64,000 bases of DNA, taken from contig OY776562.1 of the NCBI GenBank assembly GCA_963675785.1, positions 3,040,001 through 3,104,000 of the forward strand, read 5' to 3'. Below are positions 48,589-58,052 of the stretch, piece after piece. Origin of the DNA: Anaerolineae bacterium. GTDB lineage: Bacteria; Chloroflexota; Anaerolineae; UBA1429. The position numbers were made by a program, and so were the translations under genes. The notes beneath the pieces were generated by a model that saw only the letters and a list, made by a program, of their open reading frames with translations, did not search any database and had not been told where the DNA came from. Position 1 is the first letter of the stretch, and each line of letters begins with the position of its first letter.

Positions 48589-49568
48589 TCAAATCGACCG
48601 CCTTTGATAAATCGTTTCCCAAAGAGGTGATGGCTGAGCCGGGCGGCGAGCAGTTGGTGGTTTGCTCGTCGTGCGGCACTTGCGCGGCGGCCTGTGTGGT
48701 GCGTCAGCAAAACCCTGAATACAACCCGCGGCGCATACTGCGTATGGCGGCGCTGGGGTTACGGGAGAAGGTACTTTCCTCCGAAGAGATTTGGCAATGC
48801 TCGGCTTGCGATGATTGTTATCCTCGCTGCCCCAAGGGTATCCATATCTCGGAAGTGATGGGTGCCATCCGGCAGATTGCCATTCGCGAGGGCTATACAC
48901 GGCCCGGCGCGACGGCCCAGGTGAACGTGAACCGCTGCGTGGCCTGTGGCATGTGTGCGGCGGCCTGCCCCTATGAAGCTATCAAACTGGAAGAAATCAT
49001 GATTCGCCGGTCACCCAAGCGAGTAGCCCAAGTAGACCCGAACCTTTGCGCGGGGTGTGGTATTTGCAACGCCGTGTGTCCCTCTGGCTCGATCTCGCTG
49101 GAGGGTTATACAGACCGTGAAGTACACGACGTGCTGTTGGAGGCCATGCCGCCCGATTGGTCGGGTCGGTTGCTGGTCATCATTTGCAATTGGAGCCTCC
49201 ACGCCGGTTCTGATATCACCTTTGCCGAAAACCCTCCCGAGGGTGTGCAGGTCATTCGTGTATCCTGTTCGGGACGAGTGACGCCCACCTTTGTGACTAC
49301 TGCTTTCGACCGTGGCGCTGAGGGCGTGTTAGTGGTGGGTTGCGACGAGGAAGAATGCCATTATCGTGAGGGCAGCCGCATCGCCAGCGGTCGGCTTCAG
49401 GTGTTGGGCTCACTGTTGGACATGATGGGCGTGGATGCCGCGCGCGTGCGCTTTACACGGCTTACCTCGCTGGACCGTGGCAAGTTGCCGACCATGGCGC
49501 AAGAGCAGCAAGCGCAACTGTCCGAATTAGGGCCGTTGGATTGGAAGGGTACCGGGGGGCGCTCATGA
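48585..49568 (+). CDS. HdrC-like + 2x[4Fe-4S] ferredoxin + MvhD/FlxD-like fusion
   Basis: CSSCGTCAAAC..IWQCSACDDCYPRCPKGI (HdrC); CVACGMCAAACP, CAGCGICNAVCP; ICNWS..SCSGRV..GCDEEECHY (MvhD). Confidence 0.85.
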   Translation: MIKSTAFDKSFPKEVMAEPGGEQLVVCSSCGTCAAACVVRQQNPEYNPRRILRMAALGLREKVLSSEEIWQCSACDDCYPRCPKGIHISEVMGAIRQIAIREGYTRPGATAQVNVNRCVACGMCAAACPYEAIKLEEIMIRRSPKRVAQVDPNLCAGCGICNAVCPSGSISLEGYTDREVHDVLLEAMPPDWSGRLLVIICNWSLHAGSDITFAENPPEGVQVIRVSCSGRVTPTFVTTAFDRGAEGVLVVGCDEEECHYREGSRIASGRLQVLGSLLDMMGVDAARVRFTRLTSLDRGKLPTMAQEQQAQLSELGPLDWKGTGGRS

Positions 49569-50440
49569 GCGATCGTGGAAATCATCAGGATGCCATGCGC
49601 GCTGCCCAGACATTGGCTGAGATGCAACCCCTGCTGCGCGAAACGGCCCATCACTTGTTGAGCGAGGGACAGGTTCATGGTGTGTTGGGCTTTTGTGAGA
49701 CGGTCACGCCCGGTGTGGTGACGCCTTGTCTCCTTCGCCAACCCAGCGAATGCCAAAAGCTGGTGCTGAATACGGCTTGCTATCACAATCTGGCAGGCTA
49801 TTTGGTGGGCCCCGATGGTCTGCTCAAGGGCGCCCGTGCCGAGCGTAACGCGCCACTAGCTATCGTGGCTAGGCCAGGGGTATTGCGCACGCTGGTGGTG
49901 TTGCTGCAAGAGCAACAGATTGTGCGTGAGGACATTGTCGTGTTGGGCATTACCGACAACACGCCCATTGGCTTAAAGCCAGACGTGCTCTTGGGCGAAC
50001 TCGATCGCGATTTTGTGGGCGGCTCGCAACACGAGGAATTGATTGCTCGCCTGCAGGCCATGAGTACAGCGGAGCGAGCGGCTTGGTGGAACGCTCGCTT
50101 TGCCCAGTGTGTGCGCTGCTATGCCTGCCGACAGGTTTGCCCGCTCTGCTATTGCGAACAGTGTGTGGTGGATGAAAACCTGCCCCAGTGGATCGACAAG
50201 AGCGACTCGGTGGCCTCTAATCGCACCTTTTTGCTGGTGCGGGCCATGCACCTCATGGGGCGCTGCGTGAACTGTGGCGCTTGTGAGGCGGCCTGTCCCA
50301 TGCATTTGCCTTTGGGAGTGTTGACCACGTTGTTGGGCAAAGAGGTACAAACAACTCTGGCCTTTGTGCCGGGTTCGGATGGGACGCAGGCGCCGGCTGC
50401 TCTGGGCTGCCGCATTGTTGCTGGTCGCGGAGAGGAATAG
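49565..50440 (+). CDS. FlxC-like iron-sulfur protein
   Basis: FrhB/FdhB-like N-terminus (LLSEGQVHGVLGF..CYHNLAGYL); CVRCYACRQVCPLCYCEQC; RAMHLMGRCVNCGACEAACP. Confidence 0.8.
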   Translation: MSDRGNHQDAMRAAQTLAEMQPLLRETAHHLLSEGQVHGVLGFCETVTPGVVTPCLLRQPSECQKLVLNTACYHNLAGYLVGPDGLLKGARAERNAPLAIVARPGVLRTLVVLLQEQQIVREDIVVLGITDNTPIGLKPDVLLGELDRDFVGGSQHEELIARLQAMSTAERAAWWNARFAQCVRCYACRQVCPLCYCEQCVVDENLPQWIDKSDSVASNRTFLLVRAMHLMGRCVNCGACEAACPMHLPLGVLTTLLGKEVQTTLAFVPGSDGTQAPAALGCRIVAGRGEE

Positions 50441-50442
50441 CC

Positions 50443-51492
50443 ATGGCGAACAAAATGCTGCGTCTTGCCGATGTCCCTGCCTTGGTAGAGGCAATGTTGG
50501 CCGAGGCCATCGTCGTTGGGCCTTCGTTGAGCGAGCAGCTTTCTGATGAGGCGCCGGCGGCGCTCTATAACGAAATCCATGCGCCACACGACCTGTGGTT
50601 GGATTCTGGTCGCCCGGCCAAGAGCCTCAAAGAGTTCTTTTTCCCGCCACGAGAGGTATTGTTCACCTATCGCCTTAGCGAGACAGGCGTTGAGGTGACT
50701 GAGCCCGAGCTAGAGACCAGGCCGCGCATTGTCTTTGGCGCCCGTCCCTGCGATGCCGCCGCTTTGCCGGTGATGGATCAGGTGTTCGGTTGGGGTGAAC
50801 AAGATAACACCTATTTTTATCGGCGGGAGCATACTACCATTGTTACCGTGGCCTGTGATGCCCCTGAGAACACCTGCTTTTGCACCTCCTTGGGTGGCTC
50901 GCCCACGGGTACGGCTGGCGCTGATGTGCTGCTGACGCGCCTTGGCGATGTGTACCATGTGAGTGTCCTTTCGGACAAGGGTGCCCAACTGGTTGCTGCC
51001 TACCCTGATTATTTCAGGGAGGCGAGCCCAGCACTGGATCTGGCCCAAGAAGACACTGCGCGAGCGCTAGAAGAGCAAATCGTGCGCAAGATTGATCCTG
51101 CGCCCATTCGCGATATCGCCTTTGACGACCCGCTCTGGCAGGAGCTGACTCAGCAGTGTGTGGATTGCGGGGTGTGCACCTTCCTTTGCCCCACTTGCCA
51201 TTGTTTCGATATACAGGATGAGGGCAACGAGGCCGAGGGCCAACGTGTGCGCCTGTGGGATTCCTGCGCTTTTCGTGATTTCACGCGTATGACAGTAGCT
51301 CAGCCACGCCCAGAGCATTACCGGCGCTATCGACAGCGTATTATGCACAAGTTCCAATACTATCCCACCAATTTCGATGCCGCCTTGTGCGTGGGCTGTG
51401 GCCGTTGCGTGGCCTCTTGCCCGGCTGGGGTAGATATTACCGAGATCATCTCGCGGTTGGGCGCAAGCCTGGCAGCGCGTGAAGGAGAATAG
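50443..51492 (+). CDS. FlxB-like (AsrA/HydB family) iron-sulfur protein
   Basis: SLKEFFFP, FGARPCD, CFCTSLG, CVDCGVCTFLCPTCHCF, RLWDSC, HKF, CVGCGRCVASCP. Confidence 0.88.
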   Translation: MANKMLRLADVPALVEAMLAEAIVVGPSLSEQLSDEAPAALYNEIHAPHDLWLDSGRPAKSLKEFFFPPREVLFTYRLSETGVEVTEPELETRPRIVFGARPCDAAALPVMDQVFGWGEQDNTYFYRREHTTIVTVACDAPENTCFCTSLGGSPTGTAGADVLLTRLGDVYHVSVLSDKGAQLVAAYPDYFREASPALDLAQEDTARALEEQIVRKIDPAPIRDIAFDDPLWQELTQQCVDCGVCTFLCPTCHCFDIQDEGNEAEGQRVRLWDSCAFRDFTRMTVAQPRPEHYRRYRQRIMHKFQYYPTNFDAALCVGCGRCVASCPAGVDITEIISRLGASLAAREGE

Positions 51493-51501
51493 GCGCTCAT
51501 C

Positions 51502-52344
51502 ATGCACGATCATGGCACACTCACACCTACAGTGATGACGGTTCAGCGCATTGTCGAAGAGACGCCCGATGTCAAAACCTTTCGACTGGCTCCGGTGGAT
51601 GTTGCGGATGGTAGCTGGCGCCACGCTTTTGATTCGGGCCAGTTTGGCCTGTTCTCGGTGTTTGGCCAGGGTGAGGCGCCCTTTGGGCTGGCCAGCTCGC
51701 CAACCCAAGTAGGCTATATCGAATGCTCTATCAAACGCCAGGGCAAGGTCACCGATGCCTTTCATGCGCTGGCTGAGGGTGACCAGGTGGGTTATCGCGG
51801 TCCCTATGGTCGGGGGTTTCCCTATGATGAACTGGTGCGCAAGAATGTGGTCTTTGTGGGGGGTGGCATTGGCTTGGCGCCCTTGCGTTCTCTCATCTGG
51901 AATTGCCTCGACAATCGCGCCGATTTCGGTGATTTGATCGTGGTTTACGGCGCACGTAGCACTGGCGATCTGGTGTACAAGCGCGAACTTGATCAGTGGT
52001 TGGCTCGTTCCGATATGCAAACGGTGTTAACGGTTGACCCCGGTGGACAGGATGAAGCCTGGCGTGGGAATGTTGGCTTTGTGCCTGCCGTTCTTGAAGA
52101 GGTTGCGCCTACGGTCGAGAATACCTTGGTGGTGACTTGCGGGCCGCCCATTATGATCAAATTTGTGGTGCAATCGCTGCTCAAGCTGGGCTTTGCGCCC
52201 GAGCAGATTATCACCAGCCTGGAAATGAAAATGAAATGCGGCATCGGCAAGTGCGGCCGCTGCAACATTGGGCATTTGTACGTCTGCAAGGATGGTCCCG
52301 TGTTTAGCTATGCTGAACTCAAGGATCTGCCGGACGAGTATTAG
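51502..52344 (+). CDS. FlxA-like (AsrB/HydG family) FAD/NAD-binding [2Fe-2S] oxidoreductase
   Basis: GQF...GEAP, RGPYGRGF, GGGIGLAP, YGARS, CGPPIM, MKCGIGKCGRC..CKDGPVF. Confidence 0.92.
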   Translation: MHDHGTLTPTVMTVQRIVEETPDVKTFRLAPVDVADGSWRHAFDSGQFGLFSVFGQGEAPFGLASSPTQVGYIECSIKRQGKVTDAFHALAEGDQVGYRGPYGRGFPYDELVRKNVVFVGGGIGLAPLRSLIWNCLDNRADFGDLIVVYGARSTGDLVYKRELDQWLARSDMQTVLTVDPGGQDEAWRGNVGFVPAVLEEVAPTVENTLVVTCGPPIMIKFVVQSLLKLGFAPEQIITSLEMKMKCGIGKCGRCNIGHLYVCKDGPVFSYAELKDLPDEY

Positions 52345-52365
52345 GCTGCTTGGAGAGGGATATCA

Positions 52366-53265
52366 ATGAGTCGAGGAACGACACTCAAAACGAGTAATGC
52401 GGCCTATACTGAATTGCTTCGTCCTATGATCACTCGCCGCTACAGTCTGATCATCGATCATGAGCTCTGTTGCGGCTGCGATACCTGCGAGATCGTCTGT
52501 CCGCGCAAAGCCATCTCGCTTTCAGCGGCGGTGGTCGAGAATGGGCATGTGGTCGTCAAGGCCCGGGTCGAGCTGGATGAAACCAAATGCAGTTTTTGTG
52601 GTGAGTGCGCTGCGATTTGCCCAACCTGCGCCTTTCGCCTTACAGTAAATGGCGAGCCAGAGAATCCAGTGCTCAAGGCCAGCGTGTGGCCGCTCTTTCG
52701 CAAGCGCGTCAGCATAGATCAGGGCATTCTCTCTGAACATCTCGATGTGGACTATATCGAGCTTTGCCCGTCGGGAGCTATCTCGGCGGATGTGGAATGT
52801 GATGCCTCGGGTACTGTGACGGCGGTCAGCGATGTGCAGATCGACCGGCAGAGCTGCTTCAACTGCACGCGCTGCATGTTCAAGGGGCCAGAGGGTGGTT
52901 TCACCATCGAAAAGCCTTATGAGGGGCGCATCTTTTTGAAGGCAACCTTATGCCCTGAAGGCTGCCAGGCTTGTTCAGAGGTTTGCCCCAGCCATGCGCT
53001 CTATCTCCGTGATGGCGTGGTGGCGTTGGAAGCGCAATTCTGTATTTACTGCAAGGCCTGCACGCGTGTTTGCCCGGCTGAGGGTGCGCTGGAGGTTCGC
53101 CGCACCGGCTATCGCCATATGCCCATCGAATCGGGGGCTTGGCGTGTGGCGCTGGAAAAGCTGGTAGATATTCAGGCTGTCAAGCGCGAGTTGGGCCAAA
53201 AGACGCAGCAAAAAAGGCGCCAGGCTGTGGCCCAGCGCTTGCTTGGTGAAATGAAAGAAGAATAG
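52366..53265 (+). CDS. FwdF-like polyferredoxin
   Basis: Motifs CCGCDTCEIVCP, CSFCGECAAICP..LTVNGE, ELCP, CFNCTRC, EKPYEGRI, CPEGCQACSEVCP, CIYCKACTRVCP. Confidence 0.75.
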   Translation: MSRGTTLKTSNAAYTELLRPMITRRYSLIIDHELCCGCDTCEIVCPRKAISLSAAVVENGHVVVKARVELDETKCSFCGECAAICPTCAFRLTVNGEPENPVLKASVWPLFRKRVSIDQGILSEHLDVDYIELCPSGAISADVECDASGTVTAVSDVQIDRQSCFNCTRCMFKGPEGGFTIEKPYEGRIFLKATLCPEGCQACSEVCPSHALYLRDGVVALEAQFCIYCKACTRVCPAEGALEVRRTGYRHMPIESGAWRVALEKLVDIQAVKRELGQKTQQKRRQAVAQRLLGEMKEE

Positions 53266-53277
53266 AGGGCTGCTGAT

Positions 53278-54765
53278 TTGCCCAAGGCAAATGAACTCGT
53301 AAAAGCACTAGATTGCCAATTGCTGGATTGGCACGATCAGGATATTACGGGAGTGGTTTGCGATTCGCGCCAAGCGGCGCCAGGCGCTTTGTATGTAGCC
53401 TATGGCGGCGTGAGCGTGGATGGGCATACCTATGCTGCTGCTGCGCATCATGCCGGGGCAGTCGCTTTTGTGCTCGAGCACGACATGCCCGAACTGGTCG
53501 GCCAACCGCGAGCCATTGTGCGTAGCGGTCGTGAGGCCTTTGCCCTGCTACAGGCAGCCCTACATGGCTACCCGGGGCGCCACCTCAAAGTCATTGGTGT
53601 AACCGGCACGGACGGTAAGACGACGACCTCGCGCCTCATTGCCAGCATTTTGTCTGCTGCTGGCAAGCAGGTTGGCACAGTAGACACCGTGGGCGCAACT
53701 ATCGCCGGTAAGGAAACCCCCACTGGCTTTCACACCACAACTCCTGATGCCCCCGAACTGCAAGAGTATTTGGCGCAAATGGTGGTTGCTGGCGTCGAGT
53801 ATGCGGTCATCGAAACCACTTCGCACGGCCTGGCCCAGCACCGCGTTACCGGGTCGGAATACGATGTCGCCGTGATGACCAACATCACTCACGAGCATTT
53901 GGATTTTCACGGCACCTTTGAGAACTATCGCGACGCCAAGGCCATGCTCTTTCGCTCGCTTTCGACCTCGGCGCACAAAGAGGGTATTGCCAAAACGGCG
54001 GTGCTTAACCGCGACGATCCCTCGTACACCTATTTGGCGGCTTTTTCTGCAGAGCGGCAGTTTGCTTATGGCCTGGAACTGGGCGATGTGACTGCCTCGG
54101 ATATTCGTTGCGCAGTGGACGGGCTGGACTTTATCCTCAATCTGCCCGATGAGCAGATAGCCATTCATTCGCCGCTGGTGGGACGCTATAACATCAGCAA
54201 CATTCTGGCGGCAGCAACGGCTGCTTGGTCGTTGGAAATTCCTGGGGATGTTATTGCCAAGGGCGTGGCGGCGGTGGGGCATATCGAGGGGCGCTGGAAT
54301 GTGATCAATTGCGGCCAACCGTTTTCGGTAGTAGTGGATTTTGCCCACACGCCCAATGCGCTGCTTCAGGTCTTAACTACCGCCCGTGATCTCACCTCAG
54401 GGCGAGTTGCTGTGGTGTTTGGCTGCGCCGGTCTACGTGATAGGACCAAGCGCCCTGCCATGGGCAAGATAGCCAGCGATCTGGCCGATTTGGTGGTGCT
54501 GACAGCCGAGGACCCACGAACGGAATCCCTCGATGAGATCATCGAGCAGATTGCAGCCGGGTTTTCGAATCCTAACACCCTCTGCTGGCGCGAGCCCGAC
54601 AGGGCAAAAGCAATCGCCCGGGCCCTGGGATGGGCTAGACCGGGCGATCTTGTGATTGTGACAGGCAAAGGCCACGAACAATCGATGTGCTTTGGCACTG
54701 AGGAAACACCTTGGAGTGACAAAGAAACGGTCCTCAGCGCGCTTGCTTCATTGGGTTATTGCTAA
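53278..54765 (+). CDS. murE: UDP-MurNAc-L-Ala-D-Glu:diamino acid ligase
   Basis: DSR, GVTGTDGKTT, HTTTP, ETTSHG, TNITHEHLDFH, VDFAHTP, EDPR, GKGHE. Confidence 0.93.
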   Translation: MPKANELVKALDCQLLDWHDQDITGVVCDSRQAAPGALYVAYGGVSVDGHTYAAAAHHAGAVAFVLEHDMPELVGQPRAIVRSGREAFALLQAALHGYPGRHLKVIGVTGTDGKTTTSRLIASILSAAGKQVGTVDTVGATIAGKETPTGFHTTTPDAPELQEYLAQMVVAGVEYAVIETTSHGLAQHRVTGSEYDVAVMTNITHEHLDFHGTFENYRDAKAMLFRSLSTSAHKEGIAKTAVLNRDDPSYTYLAAFSAERQFAYGLELGDVTASDIRCAVDGLDFILNLPDEQIAIHSPLVGRYNISNILAAATAAWSLEIPGDVIAKGVAAVGHIEGRWNVINCGQPFSVVVDFAHTPNALLQVLTTARDLTSGRVAVVFGCAGLRDRTKRPAMGKIASDLADLVVLTAEDPRTESLDEIIEQIAAGFSNPNTLCWREPDRAKAIARALGWARPGDLVIVTGKGHEQSMCFGTEETPWSDKETVLSALASLGYC

Positions 54766-55376
54766 CGCACCTTGCAGGTCAGCAGAATTTCCCCTTCATT
54801 GACGCGAACATCGGTCAACTCGAAAGCCGCCAGTTCGTCAGCCTCTTCCAGTGGAAGGTGGATGCCGTCTTCTGTAGAGATATCCTCTAGCGCCTCTTCG
54901 ATGGTCTTTTCTAGCAGCACATCTGTCAAGCTTCTGCTGCCCCCCTCTCCCACCTGAAGATCCTGGATCTGAAAATAAACCATACCATCCACAATCTGTG
55001 GCATTCCTTCAAGGGTCACTTGAATGGTAGCATCAACATCTTCAATGGCCACCTGGGCTATGAGGCGTATGAGATCAGGTTCCAGTTCGATTTGGCTTCC
55101 GGCTAGGGTGATGCCTTCGTAACTCTTGGCCAGATCCTGGGCATTTTGGATCACATAATCCTCGGTGACGCGTATGGTAAACACATCTCCCGATTCAAAG
55201 TTCTTATCATCCAGTTCCTCCAACTCCAATATTTGCTCTGGAGGAATCGTTGGACGTGGCGTTGGTGATGGCGTAGGCGTGGGTTCTGTTGGCTTGGAAA
55301 TACCCAGCAAACTACAACCGCTGATGACAATAACAAGACAGGCAAGAAGCAAAAATGTCGTCAAACGTCTAATCAT
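54762..55376 (-). CDS. Hypothetical acidic lipoprotein
   Basis: Lipobox ISGC, PTPT linker, beta-rich acidic body (possibly LmeA/DUF2140-like). Confidence 0.65.
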   Translation of the reverse strand: MIRRLTTFLLLACLVIVISGCSLLGISKPTEPTPTPSPTPRPTIPPEQILELEELDDKNFESGDVFTIRVTEDYVIQNAQDLAKSYEGITLAGSQIELEPDLIRLIAQVAIEDVDATIQVTLEGMPQIVDGMVYFQIQDLQVGEGGSRSLTDVLLEKTIEEALEDISTEDGIHLPLEEADELAAFELTDVRVNEGEILLTCKVR

Positions 55377-55384
55377 GGGTTCCT

Positions 55385-56497
55385 CTACAAGAGTTGTTCG
55401 ATCTCTTTGATTTCAAGGCCAAAAGCATGGCCTACTGCAGGGTGGACGAGTTCTCCACCGATGACATTGATCCCTTTACGCAGGGCTGTATCGGTCTGTA
55501 TCGCCACTTTGTATCCTTTGTTGGCGATCGCTCGGGCGTATGGAAGTGTAGCATTTGCCAGAGCCATAGTAGCCGTGCGAGGCACAGCACCGGGGATATT
55601 GGGCACGGCATAGTGCAATACACCATCTACAGTATAGGTTGGATCTGAGTGTGAGGTCGGATGGATGGTCTCGATACATCCGCCCTGATCCACAGCAACG
55701 TCGATAACCACAGAACCAGGAGTCATCTGCGAGATCATATCCTGATCTACCAGAATCGGAGCCCGATCACCCGGAACCAGCACCGCTCCGATGAGTATCT
55801 CGGCTCGGCGTGTGGCCTCCATGATGTTGCGTCGGTTGGAGGCAATGGTCATGCGGCTGCCCGCAAGCACATGATCCAGATAACGCAATCGATCGATGTT
55901 GATATCGATAATGGTAACGCGTGCTCCCATGCCTAACGCGATTTGGGCAGCGTTGGTTCCCACCACGCCGCCGCCTACAATCACCACGCTGGCAGGGCGC
56001 ACACCGGGCACACCAGAGAGCAGAATGCCGCGACCGCCATTGTTCTTTTGCAGGTAATGAGCACCAATTTGGACGGCCATGCGGCCGGCAATTTCACTCA
56101 TGGGCGTGAGCAAAGGTAAACTGCCGTTGGCAAGCTGCACTGTCTCATAACCAATGCCGATCACTTTGCGGTCGAGCAAGGCATAAGTGAGTTCCTCGCA
56201 GGCGGCCAGATGCAAATAGGTAAAGAGGATTTGTCCCTCTTTGAGCAGCGCATACTCTGAAGGGAGGGGCTCTTTGACTTTGATGATCATCTCGGCTTGA
56301 TCAAATAGTTCCTTTGCCTTCTCGATGATCAAAGCGCCCGCCTCGACGTATTCGGCATCCACAAAGCCACTGCCCATGCCTGCGTTTCTTTCTAACAAGA
56401 CCTTGTGTCCGTCATGGACTAGTGTCTCGACGCCGCCCGGTGTCATGGCTACACGATACTCTTGATCCTTGATCTCGCGCGGAATGCCAATGATCAT
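55385..56497 (-). CDS. ald: Alanine dehydrogenase
   Basis: IGIPREIK.QEYRVA, KVKEP, FTYLHLA, PMSEIAGR, GGGVVG, DVAVDQGG, NIPGAVP. Confidence 0.97.
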   Translation of the reverse strand: MIIGIPREIKDQEYRVAMTPGGVETLVHDGHKVLLERNAGMGSGFVDAEYVEAGALIIEKAKELFDQAEMIIKVKEPLPSEYALLKEGQILFTYLHLAACEELTYALLDRKVIGIGYETVQLANGSLPLLTPMSEIAGRMAVQIGAHYLQKNNGGRGILLSGVPGVRPASVVIVGGGVVGTNAAQIALGMGARVTIIDINIDRLRYLDHVLAGSRMTIASNRRNIMEATRRAEILIGAVLVPGDRAPILVDQDMISQMTPGSVVIDVAVDQGGCIETIHPTSHSDPTYTVDGVLHYAVPNIPGAVPRTATMALANATLPYARAIANKGYKVAIQTDTALRKGINVIGGELVHPAVGHAFGLEIKEIEQLL

Positions 56498-56558
56498 TTT
56501 TTTTGCCTCTTGCTATCAATTGGACGGCGAGCAAAACGATGTCCGTCAGTCTAGGGTA

Positions 56559-58013
56559 TTAGAGCGCTGGCTGCTTCTTGTGCCAGTCAGTTGCCTTTTC
56601 GTAGGCGTCGGCCACACGCAGAATGGTCTCTTCTTGGAAGGCACCGCCCATGATTTGCAGGCCAATAGGTAGGCCGTTGTCAAAGCCGCAGGGAATCGAG
56701 ATGCCGCACACGCCGGCTAGGTTCAAGGATAGCGTAAAGATGTCCGAGAGGTACATCTCCAGTGGATCATCCATCTTTTCGCCGATGCGGAAGGCGACGT
56801 TAGGCGCAGTAGGCACCAGAATAGCATCGCACTGTTCTAGTGCTTGGTCGTAATCCTGCTTGATGAGCGTGCGTACCTTTTGTGCTTTGAGATAGTAAGC
56901 ATCGTAGTAACCGGTCGAGAGGGCATAGGTGCCTAACATGATACGCCGTTTGACCTCAGGCCCCAGGCCCTGTTCGCGCGTCTTGCGGAAGGTGTCCCAC
57001 ATTTCATTGATATCGGGAGCCGAAAAGCCGTAACGAATGCCATCATAACGGGCTAGGTTAGCCGAAGCCTCGGCAGGGGCCAGTAGATAGTATACGGGCA
57101 GCGCGTACTCGGTGTGCGGCATGGAGATATCGACGATTTCTGCACCTAGGTCTTTAAGGACACCCAGGGCATCACGCACAGCTGTTTCCACGACGGGGTT
57201 CATTCCCTCGACAAAATACTCGCGAGGCACGCCAAAGCGCATCCCCTCAACCTTGCCGCTCAAAGCTTGCTCGTAATTGGGCACGGGCCTGTCGATGGAG
57301 GTCGAGTCTTTGGGGTCATAACCGGCCATGGTGCCCAGCAGCAGGGCGGCGTCGCGCACATCTTTGGTGATAGCGCCGATTTGATCGAGCGAAGAGGCAA
57401 ATGCCACCAGCCCATAGCGCGAGATGCGCCCGTAGGTGGGTTTGATGCCCACCACGCCGCAATAAGAAGCGGGCTGACGGACGCTTCCGCCTGTATCGGT
57501 GCCCAATGCCCCCAGGCACTCGTTTGCGGCTACGGCAGCAGCGCTTCCGCCGCTGGAACCACCCGGCACATAGTCGGTATTCCAGGGGTTGTGGGTAACA
57601 AAATAGCCCGAGTTCTCTGTTGAAGAACCCATGGCAAACTCATCGGTGTTCGTCTTGCCCAGCATGACCATGCCGGCTTCTTCGAGTTTCTTTACGGCCG
57701 TACCCGTATAGGGCGGGATGAACCCCTCTAGAATGCGTGAACCACAGGTCGTTTGTACGCCCTCGGTGCAGAGCACATCCTTGATGGCCATAGGGATGCC
57801 CAAAAGAGGTGTTGATTCACCAGCAGCCAGGCGCTTGTCTGCCTCAGAGGCTTGTTCAAGTGCGCCTTCTTTGGTCAGGGTGATATAAGCCCTGATACGT
57901 GGATCGACCAAGTCGATACGATTTAGAACAGACTCGGTTAATTCAGTCGAAGTAATCTCACCAGCAGCGAGTAGCTCTCGCGCTTCATGGATGGTCAGTT
58001 CATAGAGTTCCAA
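56559..58013 (-). CDS. gatA: Asp/Glu-tRNA amidotransferase subunit A
   Basis: [46 protein letters not shown]. Confidence 0.98.
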   Translation of the reverse strand: MELYELTIHEARELLAAGEITSTELTESVLNRIDLVDPRIRAYITLTKEGALEQASEADKRLAAGESTPLLGIPMAIKDVLCTEGVQTTCGSRILEGFIPPYTGTAVKKLEEAGMVMLGKTNTDEFAMGSSTENSGYFVTHNPWNTDYVPGGSSGGSAAAVAANECLGALGTDTGGSVRQPASYCGVVGIKPTYGRISRYGLVAFASSLDQIGAITKDVRDAALLLGTMAGYDPKDSTSIDRPVPNYEQALSGKVEGMRFGVPREYFVEGMNPVVETAVRDALGVLKDLGAEIVDISMPHTEYALPVYYLLAPAEASANLARYDGIRYGFSAPDINEMWDTFRKTREQGLGPEVKRRIMLGTYALSTGYYDAYYLKAQKVRTLIKQDYDQALEQCDAILVPTAPNVAFRIGEKMDDPLEMYLSDIFTLSLNLAGVCGISIPCGFDNGLPIGLQIMGGAFQEETILRVADAYEKATDWHKKQPAL

Positions 58014-58052
58014 CGTTCTTGCCTCCGTGCTATCAGCTTTTATGCTCGCAGC

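Noticed and set aside
51067-52020. Long antisense ORFs (317 aa here; also 5647-6417, 15190-15795, 36736-37356, 43855-44625, 53560-54348)
   Set aside because: Shadow frames of well-supported genes, with no motifs or RBS.
43730-53265. Redox operon as a recently acquired GC-rich island
   Set aside because: It looks somewhat GC-rich, but so do murE, gatA and icd/acn; there are no flanking repeats or mobility genes, and composition was not computed.
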